From Octopus sinensis (taxonomy: Eukaryota), in assembly GCF_006345805.1 (NCBI RefSeq), contig NC_043000.1:71424001-71488000 (forward strand): a stretch of DNA of 64,000 nucleotides. Reading direction: 5' to 3'. A model generated the notes under the pieces. It was not told the origin of the DNA and made no database searches. It saw nothing but the letters and a program-made list of their open reading frames with translations. The translations under genes were made by a program, and so were the position numbers. How positions within the stretch are numbered: position 1 is the first letter of the stretch; each line of letters opens with the position of its first letter. Of the stretch, positions 24,400 to 37,652 are shown piece by piece.

Positions 24400-24540
24400 A
24401 CGCCTACGCTCCGCAGGCACCTCGCTCTTGGAACCGACAAGACCTCCCGCCCGTTCCTGGGACCGTCGCGTGTCGTTGGGTTTTCCCACGCCCGCCTCCG
24501 CGGGACCACTCTTCCATCTTCCCCTCAGCTGGAGTCCTTT
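24400..24540. promoter_or_regulatory. Short GC/CpG-rich island with GC boxes
   Basis: Clearly GC-rich unique stretch with cccgccc and cccacgcccgcctcc among AT microsatellites; function not shown. Confidence 0.3.
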
Positions 24541-25074
24541 TTCCTTAACCACCCCCCTTTTTCGTTACACACACGCGCACACATTGCTTAAATATATACA
24601 TTACTCTTACACACATTCAATCTACTCGCCATTTATACCACCACGACACTGGACACACACACACTACTACTCAACAAACGCTGGCACGCTACATACGCCC
24701 CCACCCTTCCCCTCCCTCCCTTCCTCCTTCTTCTTTTTCTTACTACTGACCTTTGTCTGCTAAGCTGACCACTATCTCGCCCTACCTCACACGCCTACAC
24801 ACAGACGCACACACTAACACACACATATATATTTTTTGTTTTTTCATCTCGCCTCACACACACACATACACACACGCACACGCACACACTCACACATACA
24901 CACACATCTGTTACGTTACCAACCTTGTCTCCACTCTTTTGCCTTTAAAAACCCACTTTGCTCTGTTTTCGTAAACATCCGCCTTTCACCATGTGCAACT
25001 CGTAAACACCAGTCGTCTTTTTTCTCTTTCCTGTTGCCCGCTCTGGGATCTTTTTCCTCTCTCTTCTTCTTTAT

Positions 25075-25109
25075 GTTTCCGACGAAGAGCTCCGCTCGAA
25101 ACGTCATAC
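25075..25109 (+). ncRNA. Minimal hammerhead-like motif with variant core
   Basis: gttt-CCGACGA-A-GAGC-tcc-GCTC-GAAAC-GTC-atac; shares downstream ttcctgagcgc with the 33435-33472 motif. Confidence 0.4.
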
Positions 25110-25195
25110 CTCCCTGCTTCCTTTTCCTGAGCGCCTATTAATAATAATACTGTAATTGTTCCATTGTTGTTGTTTTTTTGTTTCCCGTTTGGATT

Positions 25196-25361
<166 letters not shown>

Positions 25362-25390
25362 GCATAAGTGGGCACAGGACATTACGGAAC

Positions 25391-25927
25391 GTGTACAACA
25401 AAAATTACAAAGTACGAGTACATGGAATACGAACTATTTTTTCGAACAACGAAAGACACAAATGGAAAACAAGACACAGCACAAAGAACGCCCCTTCATC
25501 AGTTGTTGGCTGTTTTTCTACTCTCATATTTCTAGTATTTAGCAACAATATACACTTTCGAGAAAACAGTTGCTCCCGCAAATCAAATTAAATAAAATTT
25601 AGGATTTGCGGAGGGTTGAAAGTTGGTAACACAAACAAGACAGTGAAAACAAACAGGAAGGGCCTTTGTTTTCACTGTCACGTTTGTGTTACCAAATTTG
25701 ACATCCGCAAAAACATCAAATTTTATTTAATTTGCTTTGCGGGAGCAACTGTTTTCTCGAAAGCATATATTGTTAAATAGTCGAAATACGAGAGTAGAAA
25801 AACAGCCAACAACTGATGAAGGGTCGTTCTTTGTGTTGTTTGTTTTGTTTTCCATTTGTGTCTTTCGTTGTTCGAAAAAATAGTTCATATTCCATGTACT
25901 CGTACTTCGTAATTTTTTGTTGTACAC
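25391..25927. repeat. Fold-back inverted repeat (about 263-bp arms, 11-nt spacer) between (TA)n arrays
   Basis: Arms 25391-25653 and 25665-25927; the ORF track shows near-identical peptides on opposite strands (25360+ and 25727-). Confidence 0.92.
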
Positions 25928-26014
25928 ATATGCATATATATATATATATATATTAATAAATAAAACATATGCATATATATATATACATATATGTACTACC
26001 TACCTCTTCATGTA

Positions 26015-26400
26015 TATATACACGCATATATGAGTACAGGACACCAAAAAACGTCGAACACAATGAGAAACGAAAACATAGACACAAACCCAAGGAACTG
26101 GACATTTTTCTTAAACAACAACAAAAAAAAATAGAGTACAGGACAAATAACACAAGGAAAAAAACCCTTCTTCAGTCGCCATGGTTTCATCTACTCTACG
26201 TTTCGAAGGTGAAGGCGAGAAGTATCGTTCGATAGAAACTTTCCTTCCTGCGAAAAGCAATCAAATAAATTTTAGATCTTTTTGCAGAGGGGTAAAAATG
26301 GTAACAAAAATAGGACAGTAACGACAGTACAAAATATAAAGCAGTAAAAGACAGGACAAGGAAATATAACAAGACAAGAAGGGCTGTTAAGCCGAACGAG
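26015..26400. repeat. (TA)n-embedded interspersed repeat related to the 25391 arms
   Basis: Shared blocks gagtacaggaca, cccttcttcag..ctactct, aatcaaataaa..tttgc(a/g)gagggg..ggtaaca. Confidence 0.55.
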
Positions 26401-26739
26401 ATAAAGTATTACGAACGCTATTTATGTGGACGGCGAAGGGGGCAAAGAAAATTGCCGTCCACACCTCAAGAAGGTCAGGCGAGAAAGCTTTCATTCTTTG
26501 ATTTCCTTTTCTTCCACTTAACTGTCTCTCCCTCTCTCTCATTCTTCATTCTTTCTGGTTTCCTCCCAACCATTCCCCTTTCTTCTCTCCCTTTCTCTTA
26601 CTCCTCCTCCTCCCTCCCGCCGTTAACCCGCGACGAGAGCCTTGCCACCTTCTTTCTCGCCTGACCTTCTTATATATATATATACTTATATATAAGTATA
26701 TAGTAAGTATGTACCTATACGTATGTATATATGCATATA

Positions 26740-27760
26740 TCTATATATATAAAATTCAACTTGTGTGTCTGTGTGTTTAACTTCCCGGCACATCTCCTAG
26801 CCAACAAATCGTAGAACCACAAAAAATGGGTCACTTAAAGTTTAGGCGAATGAAAATTGAACTGCGCTATTTCTGTTCCGAAATTCATCTCGCAAGTGTA
26901 AAAATCGATAATGTGTTTGTTTAGGCCTTATCCCATGCATTTAATAGTAAACTTTACTCAGTCAGCTGTTTGACGTGAACTGTGTTCACCACGCGTGCAA
27001 GCATGCGTAAACTGCATGAAAAATGAAAAATCAATATATAAAAACGAATCGCCGTAAACATTGTAGAAATTCGGCAAAGAAATGAATTTTCGGGATGTAG
27101 CCTGGAGGGTTTTTTCGTATTAATCGTTTTCCTAACATTTTTAACGCTTTGAATTAAATGTGACCATTTTGCGTTGAGTCTGCAGTTTGAATCACTTTAA
27201 TCAAATTTTAGCAGGCTGGATTTTTGATCATCACGATACATCGCCAGCGACTCCCTGAAACTCTCCCCTGAAATCCCCGTTGAGAAATACTGATCTAAAA
27301 GAATAATTCAACAATGCAATTATTTGATCGACAAAAATTTATGATAATCACTTTCTAATTTTTCTAACTAAATTTTAGCAGGCGTTTGGAGTTTTTGATC
27401 AATCAGCGATGATCATCGCCAGCGACTCCCTGAAACTCTCCCCTGAAATCCCGTTGAGAAATACTGATCTAAAAGAATAATTCAAACAATGCAATTATTT
27501 GATCGACAAAAATTTATGAAACGCTTCATACGTACTTCCTATTGAGAAATGGAACACATAAGCGCAAAAAAGAGGGCTTGATTTTAAAACAAAATAATTG
27601 AATTTTGATTGAACTCATCCAAGTTTAGCTTAATTCGCGCGTGCATAAACGCACGAGTGCACGTACGTACTTTGTGTAGAAAGTATTGATTTTGCACTCG
27701 CAGATTAAACGATTTTCCTCAGTGCGTTAATAGTCTCATAAAGCCGGGCAATACTGCTAG
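26740..27760 (+). mobile_element. Non-autonomous Helitron with an internal about 160-bp tandem duplication
   Basis: A|TCtatatatataaaa ... gccgggcaatactgCTAG|T; duplication 27190-27345 versus 27346-27520. Confidence 0.8.
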
Positions 27761-28127
27761 TATATATATATATATATGATCACAACCATATGTGAACGAT
27801 ATGGTGATCACATATTAAGACAAACAGCGCATGACCTTGCAGCTGGGGCCCAGTTAGAATTTTCTTCAGGTCGAGTAGCTCATCCTGCTCAAAAGGTGCC
27901 CGAATAAGGTTTGTTTCAAGGATGATGAACAAAACCCCCATGTTTCCAGCAGTGAACTATTCAAACCCCAAACTATTCCTCTCAACACATGGCTATGATG
28001 CACCCCAACTACGTCTGCTCATGATCAGAGATACATATATCGTCAGCCAGTAAGAGTTAAGGTAAATAACTAACAAGCAAATCTGTGGTATTGAGCAGAA
28101 TATTTGTTGTAAGCCCATCCCTTATAC

Positions 28128-28293
28128 CAGTGGTTCCCAACCTTTTCACTACCAAGGACCCCATTTATCTAAATGAGTTTTCCCACGGATCACAGAATAT
28201 TGAAAGGTCTGTCAGCTTAACATATTCGCAGACCCCTCAGTACTACCTTTGCGGACCACCAGGGGTCCGCGGGCCACAGGTTGGGAACCATTG
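28128..28293. mobile_element. hAT-type MITE (166 bp)
   Basis: TIRs cagtggttcccaacc / ggttgggaaccattg; 8-bp TSD ccttatac/ctttatac; nested in an older repeat (about 27825-28385). Confidence 0.88.
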
Positions 28294-28403
28294 CTTTATA
28301 CCAAGACAAAACAATGTATATGAAAACACTTTTAACCAGTTAGGATCAAAAGTCATGACAGTCACTGCCTGGTACTGCATCAGAGTATTTTGTTGTTGTT
28401 GTT

Positions 28404-28438
<35 letters not shown>

Positions 28439-28443
28439 TATTA

Positions 28444-28481
<38 letters not shown>

Positions 28482-28482
<1 letters not shown>

Positions 28483-28860
28483 CTCTCTATATATAAACGG
28501 CAGTTTGTCTGTGCGTGTTTCTGTGTGTCTGTTTTCTCGTACCCTCACTCTGACCACGGCTTTCAACCGATTCTGATGAAACTTGACGCCACATAGCCCA
28601 ATGTCATAATTCAAAACTAACGCAGCGAAAAAATTTGAAAAGTTCCCCAGTTCTGAAAAAAATCGATAATTCGACATGGGGTCGAGAATAAAAAAAAATA
28701 ACCACAGACTGTCTAGGGGACGCAACTCAAACTTTTTTTACTCTCAAAAAAAAATTACCATCATTTTTTTTCCATTTTTGCTATTTTTTGGCTTAACTCT
28801 CTAAAATGCTTTATAGTTATTTCCCTTACAAACCTGAGCAACGCCGGGCGATACTGCTAG
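28482..28860 (+). mobile_element. Non-autonomous Helitron
   Basis: A|TCtctctatatataa ... cctgagcaacgccgggcgatactgCTAG|T; last about 65 nt shared with the 10460-10972 element. Confidence 0.88.
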
Positions 28861-28874
28861 TTATTTATATAAAA

Positions 28875-29272
28875 GCGGCGAGCTGGCAGAAACGTTGGCA
28901 CGTCGGGCGAAATGCGTAGCCGTAGTTCGTCTGCCGTTAGTTCTGAGTTCAAATTCCGCCGAGGTCGACTTTGCCTTTCATCCTTTCGGGGTCGATTAAA
29001 TAAGTACCATTTACGCACTGGGGTCGATGTAATCGACTTAATCCGTGTGTCTCTCCTTGTTTGTCCCCTCTGTGTTTAGCCCCTTGTAGGTAGTAAAGAA
29101 AGAGGTATTTCATCTGTCTTCACGTTCTGAGTTCAAATTTCGCCGAGGTCGACTTTGCTTTTCACCCTTTCGGGGTCGATAAAATAAGTACCAATGACAT
29201 ACTGAGGTTGATGTAATCGACTAGTGCCCTCCCCCATATCTCAGGCTTTATGCCTATAGTAGTAAGAATTAT
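28875..29272 (+). mobile_element. tRNA-derived SINE (same family as 22531-23115) with a duplicated core
   Basis: gcggcgagctggcagaaacgttggc head; core gaggtcgactttgc(c)tttca(t/c)cctttcggggtcga present twice. Confidence 0.85.
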
Positions 29273-29283
29273 TACTGTTGTAG

Positions 29284-29391
<108 letters not shown>

Positions 29392-29562
29392 GTAGTAGTA
29401 GTAATATATAAAGGACTGAAGATATAGAGTCAAAATTTAAAGAAGAGTGCCATTGTTATCTAGTGAACGATATTTCGATATCTTGTGTGTCTTCAACTGG
29501 CTCAAAAAATAAATATGTCAATCTACTTCATTTTGGTTAATATATAAAGGAGTGAGGTAACT

Positions 29563-30417
29563 CCTCCTGAAGGAGATACTTGTAAAGAACTTAGTGTGAA
29601 TATCTTCTCTGGACCTCTTGGGGGTGCGAGAAACAATCACTTTCCGTTGCTTTAATAATCCAGATTCTCTACCAGTCAGAAACAACAAGACGCAGAAGAC
29701 GTAAATAATATATATACTTTATTGTTTTATGGTGAGAGATCAGTGTGGTATATCTGATATCCTTGGTTCTGAGCGCGCAAGGCTGAAGTTAATCGATTGT
29801 ATATTTACAATGTTCAGCCGCTAAAAAACGAACGGGTTGTTAAGATGGCCGCGGAATATGAAGACGATGTTGTCCGCAACAATTTGGTAAAAACCTTCGG
29901 CCGACTGCTATCAAAGCTGGACAGCGAGAAAATATACGTCCGTCACCTTCGGTCGCTGCTGTCTCAAGTCCGCTGTCTGCCGGACGCTAATGGTCAACGC
30001 TTTACGCTCCCTTGCCTCTTTTTTAAGGCTCGCGCTCCCTTGCCTCTTTGTTAAGGCTCGCGCTCCCTTCGCCTAAATAAGCTAAGGCCACGTCAGCAAA
30101 ATTCCCTCTTCCGGACTTCGTGTATTCGCGAGAGGGCGTTGCGCGCGCGCGCTGTTGTATAGGATCACTACATACTTGATAAGTGGAATGTGCACCGCTT
30201 CTTCAGAGCAGCATACAAGCCCAGCGGAAATGGGATCGTGGAAAGACATCTTCGAACGATCAAGGCCATGGTGGAGATGGGGCGCATCTCGCCGCTGGAA
30301 GCAGTGTTCTAGTACACTATGCCACTCTGATCAGGACAGGCTGAAGTGTCCGTTCCACAGAGCGATGTTCAGATATGAATGGTGGCATCCGAATAAACCA
30401 GCAAAATGCCCTGCGGA

Positions 30418-30478
<61 letters not shown>

Positions 30479-30750
30479 TATCTTCGTGGAGGTGGGAGAT
30501 GAAGTCTGGGTCAAGCTCTCAAAGGCACGCTACACATCTCAGAGGAAGTGACGGCTGTTGACTCCAAGAATAACGTTTCTGTAGATGGAATGCCGCGTCA
30601 CGTCTTGGATGTTCGCAGGATTGTCACTTCGTCGGATGGAAGAGAGGAAGAGAACGACTCTACTTCCCTACGGAAGTCACACCGTCCACCCGGGTGGATG
30701 GCAGATTTTGACGTGGAGTAAAGTGAGGAGGTGATCTTTGAAATCAGGGG
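29563..30750 (+). pseudogene. Gypsy integrase C-terminal relic, interrupted by a solo LTR
   Basis: Removing the LTR and one TSD restores KEIL|DKWNVHRFFRAAYKPSGNGIVERHLRTIKAM; then VGDEVWVK..NNVSVDGMPRHVLDVRR..RPPGWMADFDVE*; PPT gaaatcagggg before 30751. Confidence 0.88.
29581..30172 (-). mobile_element. Solo LTR (592 bp)
   Basis: TG...CA termini (tgtaaagaac..ggatcactaca), 4-bp TSD TACT; orientation inferred from the AATAAA in the homologous copy at 37110. Confidence 0.9.
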
Positions 30751-31025
30751 TGTGGATGAGATGAGCCGGAAGGAAAGGGCTGTGGCGTCAACGGTAAAGG
30801 GGCTTGACCAGAACAGGAAGGGTGAGAGAGGAAGGGAGGGAAGGATGGCCAGGGTCATCCTCTTTTGCCTTTGGCACACACGACGAACAGACGTGAGGCG
30901 AGCGAGCTGACAGAGATGGGTACTAGCAGCTGCTATCGTTAGGTGCACGTGTTTTGGATTGAGTACAGCTGGACAACAAAACGACGGGAAGGTAGGCGAA
31001 TTGTTTCTTATTTCCCCGCATTACA
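30751..31025 (+). mobile_element. 3' LTR of the Gypsy element
   Basis: Starts tgtgg immediately after the polypurine tract and ends cattaca. Confidence 0.8.
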
Positions 31026-31476
31026 GTTCCCTCGCACGACAATGACGTAAAAGGTAGGTGCACTTGTGCAGATTTCAACTTCCACTTCGATAGGAAAATT
31101 ACGTGAATTTCTTTGTCAAGTGAATATTGACATATGTTTTTCTCTCTGCTGTGCTGAAGCAAATTGCCCTTTAACAGAATTGTTGCGAAATCGAAAAGGA
31201 AGAACGGAGAACTTCTTTTGCGTACATCAGAAGACTTTTAGTCATTTAATGAGAGTAAAAGGACATTATCCAAGATCACATTATTAACTCACCCGATACA
31301 AGATGCACCCCTTTCTCTAGCAGTAAATCCTTCAGACGTGGGAAGCGGTGGTATTTTATAACAAATTGTTTATGATACTTGACAGTTTGAGTTCTTTTCT
31401 CAAAGTGGTTCATTAATATAAATATATTCTTTAACCATATAACACAAGCCTTCTGTAGTTTTTCATTCTTTTTTTG

Positions 31477-31794
<318 letters not shown>

Positions 31795-32130
31795 GGTGCA
31801 TGGCTCAGTGGTTAGAGCGTCGAGATTACGATCGTGAGGTTGTGAACTCGAATCCCGGACCGGGCTGTGTGTTATGTTCTTGAGCAAAGCACTTTATTTC
31901 ACGTTGCTCCAGTTCACTCAGCTGTAGAAATGAGTTGCGACGTCACTGGTGCCAAGCTGTATCCACCTTTGTCTTTCCCTTGGATAACACTGGTGGCGTG
32001 GAGAGGGGAGGCTGGTATGCATGGGCGACTGCTGGTCTTCCATAAACAACCTTGCCCGGACTTGTGTCTAGGAGGGTAACTTTCTAGGTGCAATCCCATG
32101 GTCATTCATGACCGAAGGGGGTCTTTACCC
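31795..32130 (+). mobile_element. tRNA-derived SINE, second family
   Basis: A box tggctcagtggttagagc, B-box-like gaactcgaatccc, core gttcttgagcaaagcactttatttcacgttgctccag; related head and core at 47987-48235 (minus). Confidence 0.85.
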
Positions 32131-32178
32131 ATATATATATATAGTATATATATATACACATACACACATATATATATA

Positions 32179-32274
<96 letters not shown>

Positions 32275-32277
<3 letters not shown>

Positions 32278-33116
32278 ACATTTTATAAAGGGCTTAGTAA
32301 AATAAATTACTTTGCCACATACTGAACTCATTAGAAATAGCAGCCCAAAAAATTTTTTTAGCCATTTCTAATACTTAAAGAAAATTTCTCTCAGATAGTG
32401 TTTACTCAAAATAACCCACGAAGGTATGGGGGTAAAAACATTAAAAAATCACAAGTGCAAAGATTATTTGAGAACGTACGTTTCTAGATCAGCCAAATAC
32501 AATTCGACATTTCTTTCGTCAGCTCAAAATTTCTTAATTCGGATTTGTAAACACTGAAAGTAGGAGCATACCCTTTCGGCGACTTTTCACCTCCGAAGAT
32601 CCGCTCAAACTAACAGTGCCAACAAATTCAAAATATGCAAGCGAAGAATTACTGCCCTCCCTTTCCACCCACGTGGGCTAAACTAGCAAACACCATGTTT
32701 TATCGGTGAAAACCGAAGCATTAAACAGAGAGAAATGAATTATAATTTCAACAATTGAGGGTAAAATTAATTAATTATTAATCAATTTCACCAAGTATTC
32801 AGTATGTAAAGGGACCATTTAAGGCGAATTCAAAATATTACATTTTATAAAGGGCTTAGTAAAATAAATTACTTTGCCACATACTGAACTCATTAGAAAT
32901 AGCAGCCAAAAAAAATTGAAATTGATTAATAATTAATTAATTTTACCCTCAATTGTTGAAATTATAATTCATTTCTCTCTGTTTAATGCTTTATTTTACT
33001 AAGCCCTTTATAAAATGTAATATTTTGAATTCGCCTTAAATGGTCCCTTTACATACTGAATACTTGGTGAAATTGATTAATAATTAATTAATTTTACCCT
33101 CAATTGTTGAAATATA
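32275..33116. repeat. (TA)n-embedded module with internal direct and inverted rearrangements, containing a hammerhead motif
   Basis: 32275-32345 repeated at 32838-32907; 32740-32870 inverted at about 32990-33116; additional copy at 32918-32966. Confidence 0.8.
32467..32528 (-). ncRNA. Type I hammerhead motif
   Basis: tttgag-CTGACGA-aagaaatgtcgaattgtatttggctgatcta-GAAA-CGTACG-TT-ctcaaa; 6-bp helix I, palindromic helix III, imperfect helix II. Confidence 0.55.
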
Positions 33117-33264
33117 TATATAGATAACGAAGTAAATATATGGCACAACGAAGTACCGATATTTACTGGAAATAGCGAACGTAATAATACGTATTTACTT
33201 CTTTGTATATTTCTCCCTCACGAGCTATTCTTTACTGGAAAGCAATACTCTAGTATTGCATTAC

Positions 33265-33346
<82 letters not shown>

Positions 33347-33434
33347 GGAAAGTTTACGAAAATAAACAAAAGACGAAGGCAGGTGGAGTACAAACAAACA
33401 AATGTATTAGTATAGCGCTCAGGAATAGAAAGAG

Positions 33435-33472
33435 TCTTTTACGTTTCGAGCCTACGCTTTTCGACAGAAAGA
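33435..33472 (-). ncRNA. Minimal hammerhead-like motif with variant core
   Basis: tcttt-CTGTCGA-A-AAGC-gtag-GCTC-GAAAC-GTA-aaaga; 5-bp helix I. Confidence 0.4.
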
Positions 33473-33540
33473 TACATAGAAAAAAACAAGGAGAGAAACC
33501 AGGAGAGAAAAAAAATGCGTGTAGGAGCTAACGATCTATC

Positions 33541-33582
33541 ATATTATTATTATTATTATTATTATTGTTGTTGTTGTTGTTG

Positions 33583-33639
<57 letters not shown>

Positions 33640-33667
33640 GTTATTGTTATTGTTTTTATTATTATTA

Positions 33668-33732
<65 letters not shown>
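33541..33732. repeat. (ATT)n/(GTT)n compound microsatellite
   Basis: Directly visible; a similar tract lies at 29276-29403. Confidence 0.95.
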
Positions 33733-33825
33733 GGGAATATTACTTCCGAGTACACAAGAAAAAGACATTCAAATTAGATGTACTAAAATGAACATCTCTC
33801 ATTGTTTAATTCGTATATATATAAG

Positions 33826-34356
<531 letters not shown>

Positions 34357-35959
34357 GCACACACTCACATAAATAGACACGCGCGCGTTTTATAGTCCGC
34401 TTAGGCTTAATGATGCTAATAATTTGGTGTTAGAACTCAATTTGCATATGCTTCAGAAAAAAGCATTTGGCAGTTACAGAGCGTAATAAGAGATCATTTA
34501 AATGATTAAGAAACAAGAAACTATGAAATGAACTCCATTAGCTAACAGTTGTTTCTGCCGCCAGATGCATTGCATTCATAGTTGAGGGTTTATGTATCAC
34601 TTCAAAGCTTCGTCGGTTATATATGTACATATATACCGTTTAGTATTAACTGTACTAAATGTATATATATGGTACTCAATGCTATGATAGTGTAGGGATA
34701 TCTTATTTTAGCCGAGTCAGCTTCTTGTTAGGCAAACAGGGTGTGTGTGTGTGTGTGTGAACTTACCCAAGGGTAAGTGGGACTGAACCCGGAGCCATGT
34801 GGTTGGGAAGCAAGCTTTTTAACACAGCCACGCCTATTCTTTTTCTTTTATTCTTTTACTTATTTCAGTCATTTGACTGCGGTTATACTGGAACACTACC
34901 TTAAAGCCTTTTTAGTCGCGGAAATCCAGCCCAGGACTTACTAGCGTAACTGTGTGTGTGTGTGGGGGGGGGGGGTCCGCATCGGGCGGCACTTTTGGGT
35001 CTGCTGTAGGCAATATGTGTTTTTTGTGGGGTTCGGGGGCGGCAAACGGAAGGGCCGCCCCAGGCGGCACACACTCTAGCCCCGCTAGTGTTTCTACATG
35101 GTCGTTATGAAATGTGCCACATAATTTTAATATTGAAACAAATGCCGGCGTGTATAATACTTTCTATCTCTCAAGTTTAAACAAGATCCATTTCAAGTGT
35201 TACGGTAGTTACCTTCCTTCCTGGTAGGTATATACACAGAATTAAAACAATGAACGTACGAGTTTGCTTTAAAGTTGAGTTAGAAATCTCAGTTGAGCAC
35301 CCTTTGTTTCATTAAAATTTAAATTAACACATTTCCAGTAAGCATTCATCCTAATTCTTATCTGGTCGTATCTCATTTTTCACGACAGTTATATCTGTCT
35401 CTTAGTTTCATTAACTTTGTAATGTATTGGACATCGTTCCATCCACATATGTCACATAATTGTCAAAGATGACAACGTTATTTGTGAACCATCTATTACA
35501 TTCGTTAGTCATTTGAAGAGTCCGATTAATAATCATCACCATCACTTTCAGTATCACTGTCCGATCCTACTCTGTCAAGGAAATCACTTTCACTAAGTTC
35601 ACTGTCACTAGCAGGGTCAGAATTTGATGCGCAAGTTTCATCTTAAGTTCTTCCAGAATATCTACCAACTGACGAAGCATCACTTAACCTTCTGTTCACT
35701 TCGCTTCAGGATTCCTGCTTCCATTGTCCATCCATGTCCTTCGTCTAGGCACGGAAGGCTTTGCAATATTCGCGAACTTCTATATCCTGGTCTGGAAGTT
35801 GCTTCGCCGAACATGTTGCTCGAGGTCGTTTCTACATGGGGGTAGTGAAGCAAGATCTTATTGCTTAGATTTTGTGAAATCATCCTTCCCATCGCACTTC
35901 GCTCGCAAGGTTGTGAACCGCAGTGTATTCACCTTCTTTTGTCCTTTTGTTACCATACA

Positions 35960-36390
35960 TAGCGCTGGATTAACCATTAAGCAAAATAAGCATGTGCTTA
36001 GGGTATCAAGAGAAGGAGGGGGCACCACAAATTGTAAATGGTTTACGGCACAAAAGAAATCACTTGCTAAAATAATATTCGGGGTGTCTTAATCTCTACG
36101 AAGTATAGATGCAGATGTGTTACCTAGGATTAATTTTGAGACCTAAGATTAATTTTGAGGATCTGTTCAAAGACTTTGTAATTCTAAAAAGTAGGGGGAA
36201 ACTTTTTAAATATAAAGTGGAAATATACAAAAATAAACATTATTTTCCCTCTTACTGTTTTGTTTTGTTTGAAAAGTAAAAATTTGTTTTATGGTTTGTT
36301 AGTATTTATACTTTGAATTACATAATCTTCTATGGGGGCACTAAAATCTTTTAAATGCTTAGGGCCTCGATGGGTCTTAATCCGGCCCTG
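35960..36390. mobile_element. hAT-type MITE (431 bp) inside the Academ-like ORF
   Basis: TIRs tagcgctggattaa / ttaatccggccctg; 8-bp TSD accataca/gccataca. Confidence 0.85.
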
Positions 36391-37109
36391 GCCATACAGC
36401 ACACATGTGAACCTCTCCAGTTCATTCATCACCTCTTCGTCGACTTCCCAAGACTCCCCTAACTTGGAGAACGCTTTCTGGAATGATTCATCTATTTCAA
36501 CGACTTTCAGTCCCTTCACTTTCCCCTGCCCTTTGATGGCACTGGTACTATCGCACCCGTTGCAGTCGTGATAACCCAGCAACGCATAACAGAGAACAGG
36601 CATGTTAGACATAGCCAGCTTAGTCACATCAGTACAGTCGTGCATTGCCCTTTCCAGTTTCAAACCGAATCTGAAGCCCTTCCAGGAATCTAGCATGGTG
36701 AAGTAAGATGAAAAATATGTCTGAATCGGGACTCCTCGCGCGAATGGATTTGCATCACCGTTTTTTGGTATACATGCAATACGGGATCACACGAGTGTCA
36801 GTTTCTTGCTGTGAAGATTCGAGAGAGTGTATTTCTTGACGACTGGTAAGCTTTTCCTTCACATATCAGTACCATCTCATGTCCAGTGAGAATGTCGGCA
36901 GACACCTCACTCCTCCAAGTTGAGAGCAAAAGCTGAATGAACTGTGCCTTGTTCTCATCATTTGCAAGAAAGACTTTCCAGTTTTTCGGACGCTTTGTTT
37001 TCTCACCACTCAGGATGAGTTTGTCTCCAACACCTCGTTTGTTTCGTTCCACTCCTTTTACAGAGTCTACCTAGTAAATGTCAGTGCTAAATATGACAGG
37101 TGATATGTG

Positions 37110-37652
37110 TGTAGTGATCCTATACAACGGCGCTCGCTCGCGCACCGTCCATTTGTATTTCGCGCGTGCGGAGTTGGTGCTTTCACCACCGGAAGAAGAA
37201 CCCTTTTGCCTACGTAGCAGTTAGCCGAGGCAAGGGGATCGTAAGACGTTGACCACCAGCGTCCAGCAAGCAGCGACTTGAGACAGCAGCGACCGAAGGC
37301 GACGGACGTATATTTTCTCGCTGTCCAGCTTTGATAGCAGTCGGCCGAAGGTTTTTACCAAATTGTTGCGGACAACATCGTCTTCATATTCCGCGGCCAT
37401 CCGTTCTGTTTTTAGCGGCTGAACATTGTAAATATTATAATCGATTAACTTTCAGCCTTGCGCGCCCAGAACCAAGGATATCAGATATACCACTGATCTC
37501 TCACCATAAAACAATAAAGTATATATATTATTTACGTCTGCGTCTTGTTGTTTCTGACTGGTAGAGAATCTGGATTATTTAAGCAACGGAAAGTGATTGT
37601 TTCTCGCACCCCCAAGAGGTCCAGAGAAGATATTCACACTAAGTTCGTTACA
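37110..37652 (+). mobile_element. Solo LTR (543 bp), same family as 29581-30172
   Basis: tgtagtgatcc..gttcgttaca, 4-bp TSD TGTG, AATAAA near 37513 followed by a GT-rich tract. Confidence 0.9.

Noticed and set aside
25780-26260. GAAA(C)..CTGA(T/A)GA in permuted order in the 25391 and 26015 families
   Set aside because: No helix I or II consistent with type II or III topology.
29797-30054. 85-aa ORF MAAEYEDDVVRNNL..
   Set aside because: Lies wholly inside a solo LTR and differs by indels in the second copy.
31295-31350. CTGAAGG..GAAA motif on the minus strand
   Set aside because: Core A9 altered and helix I does not pair.
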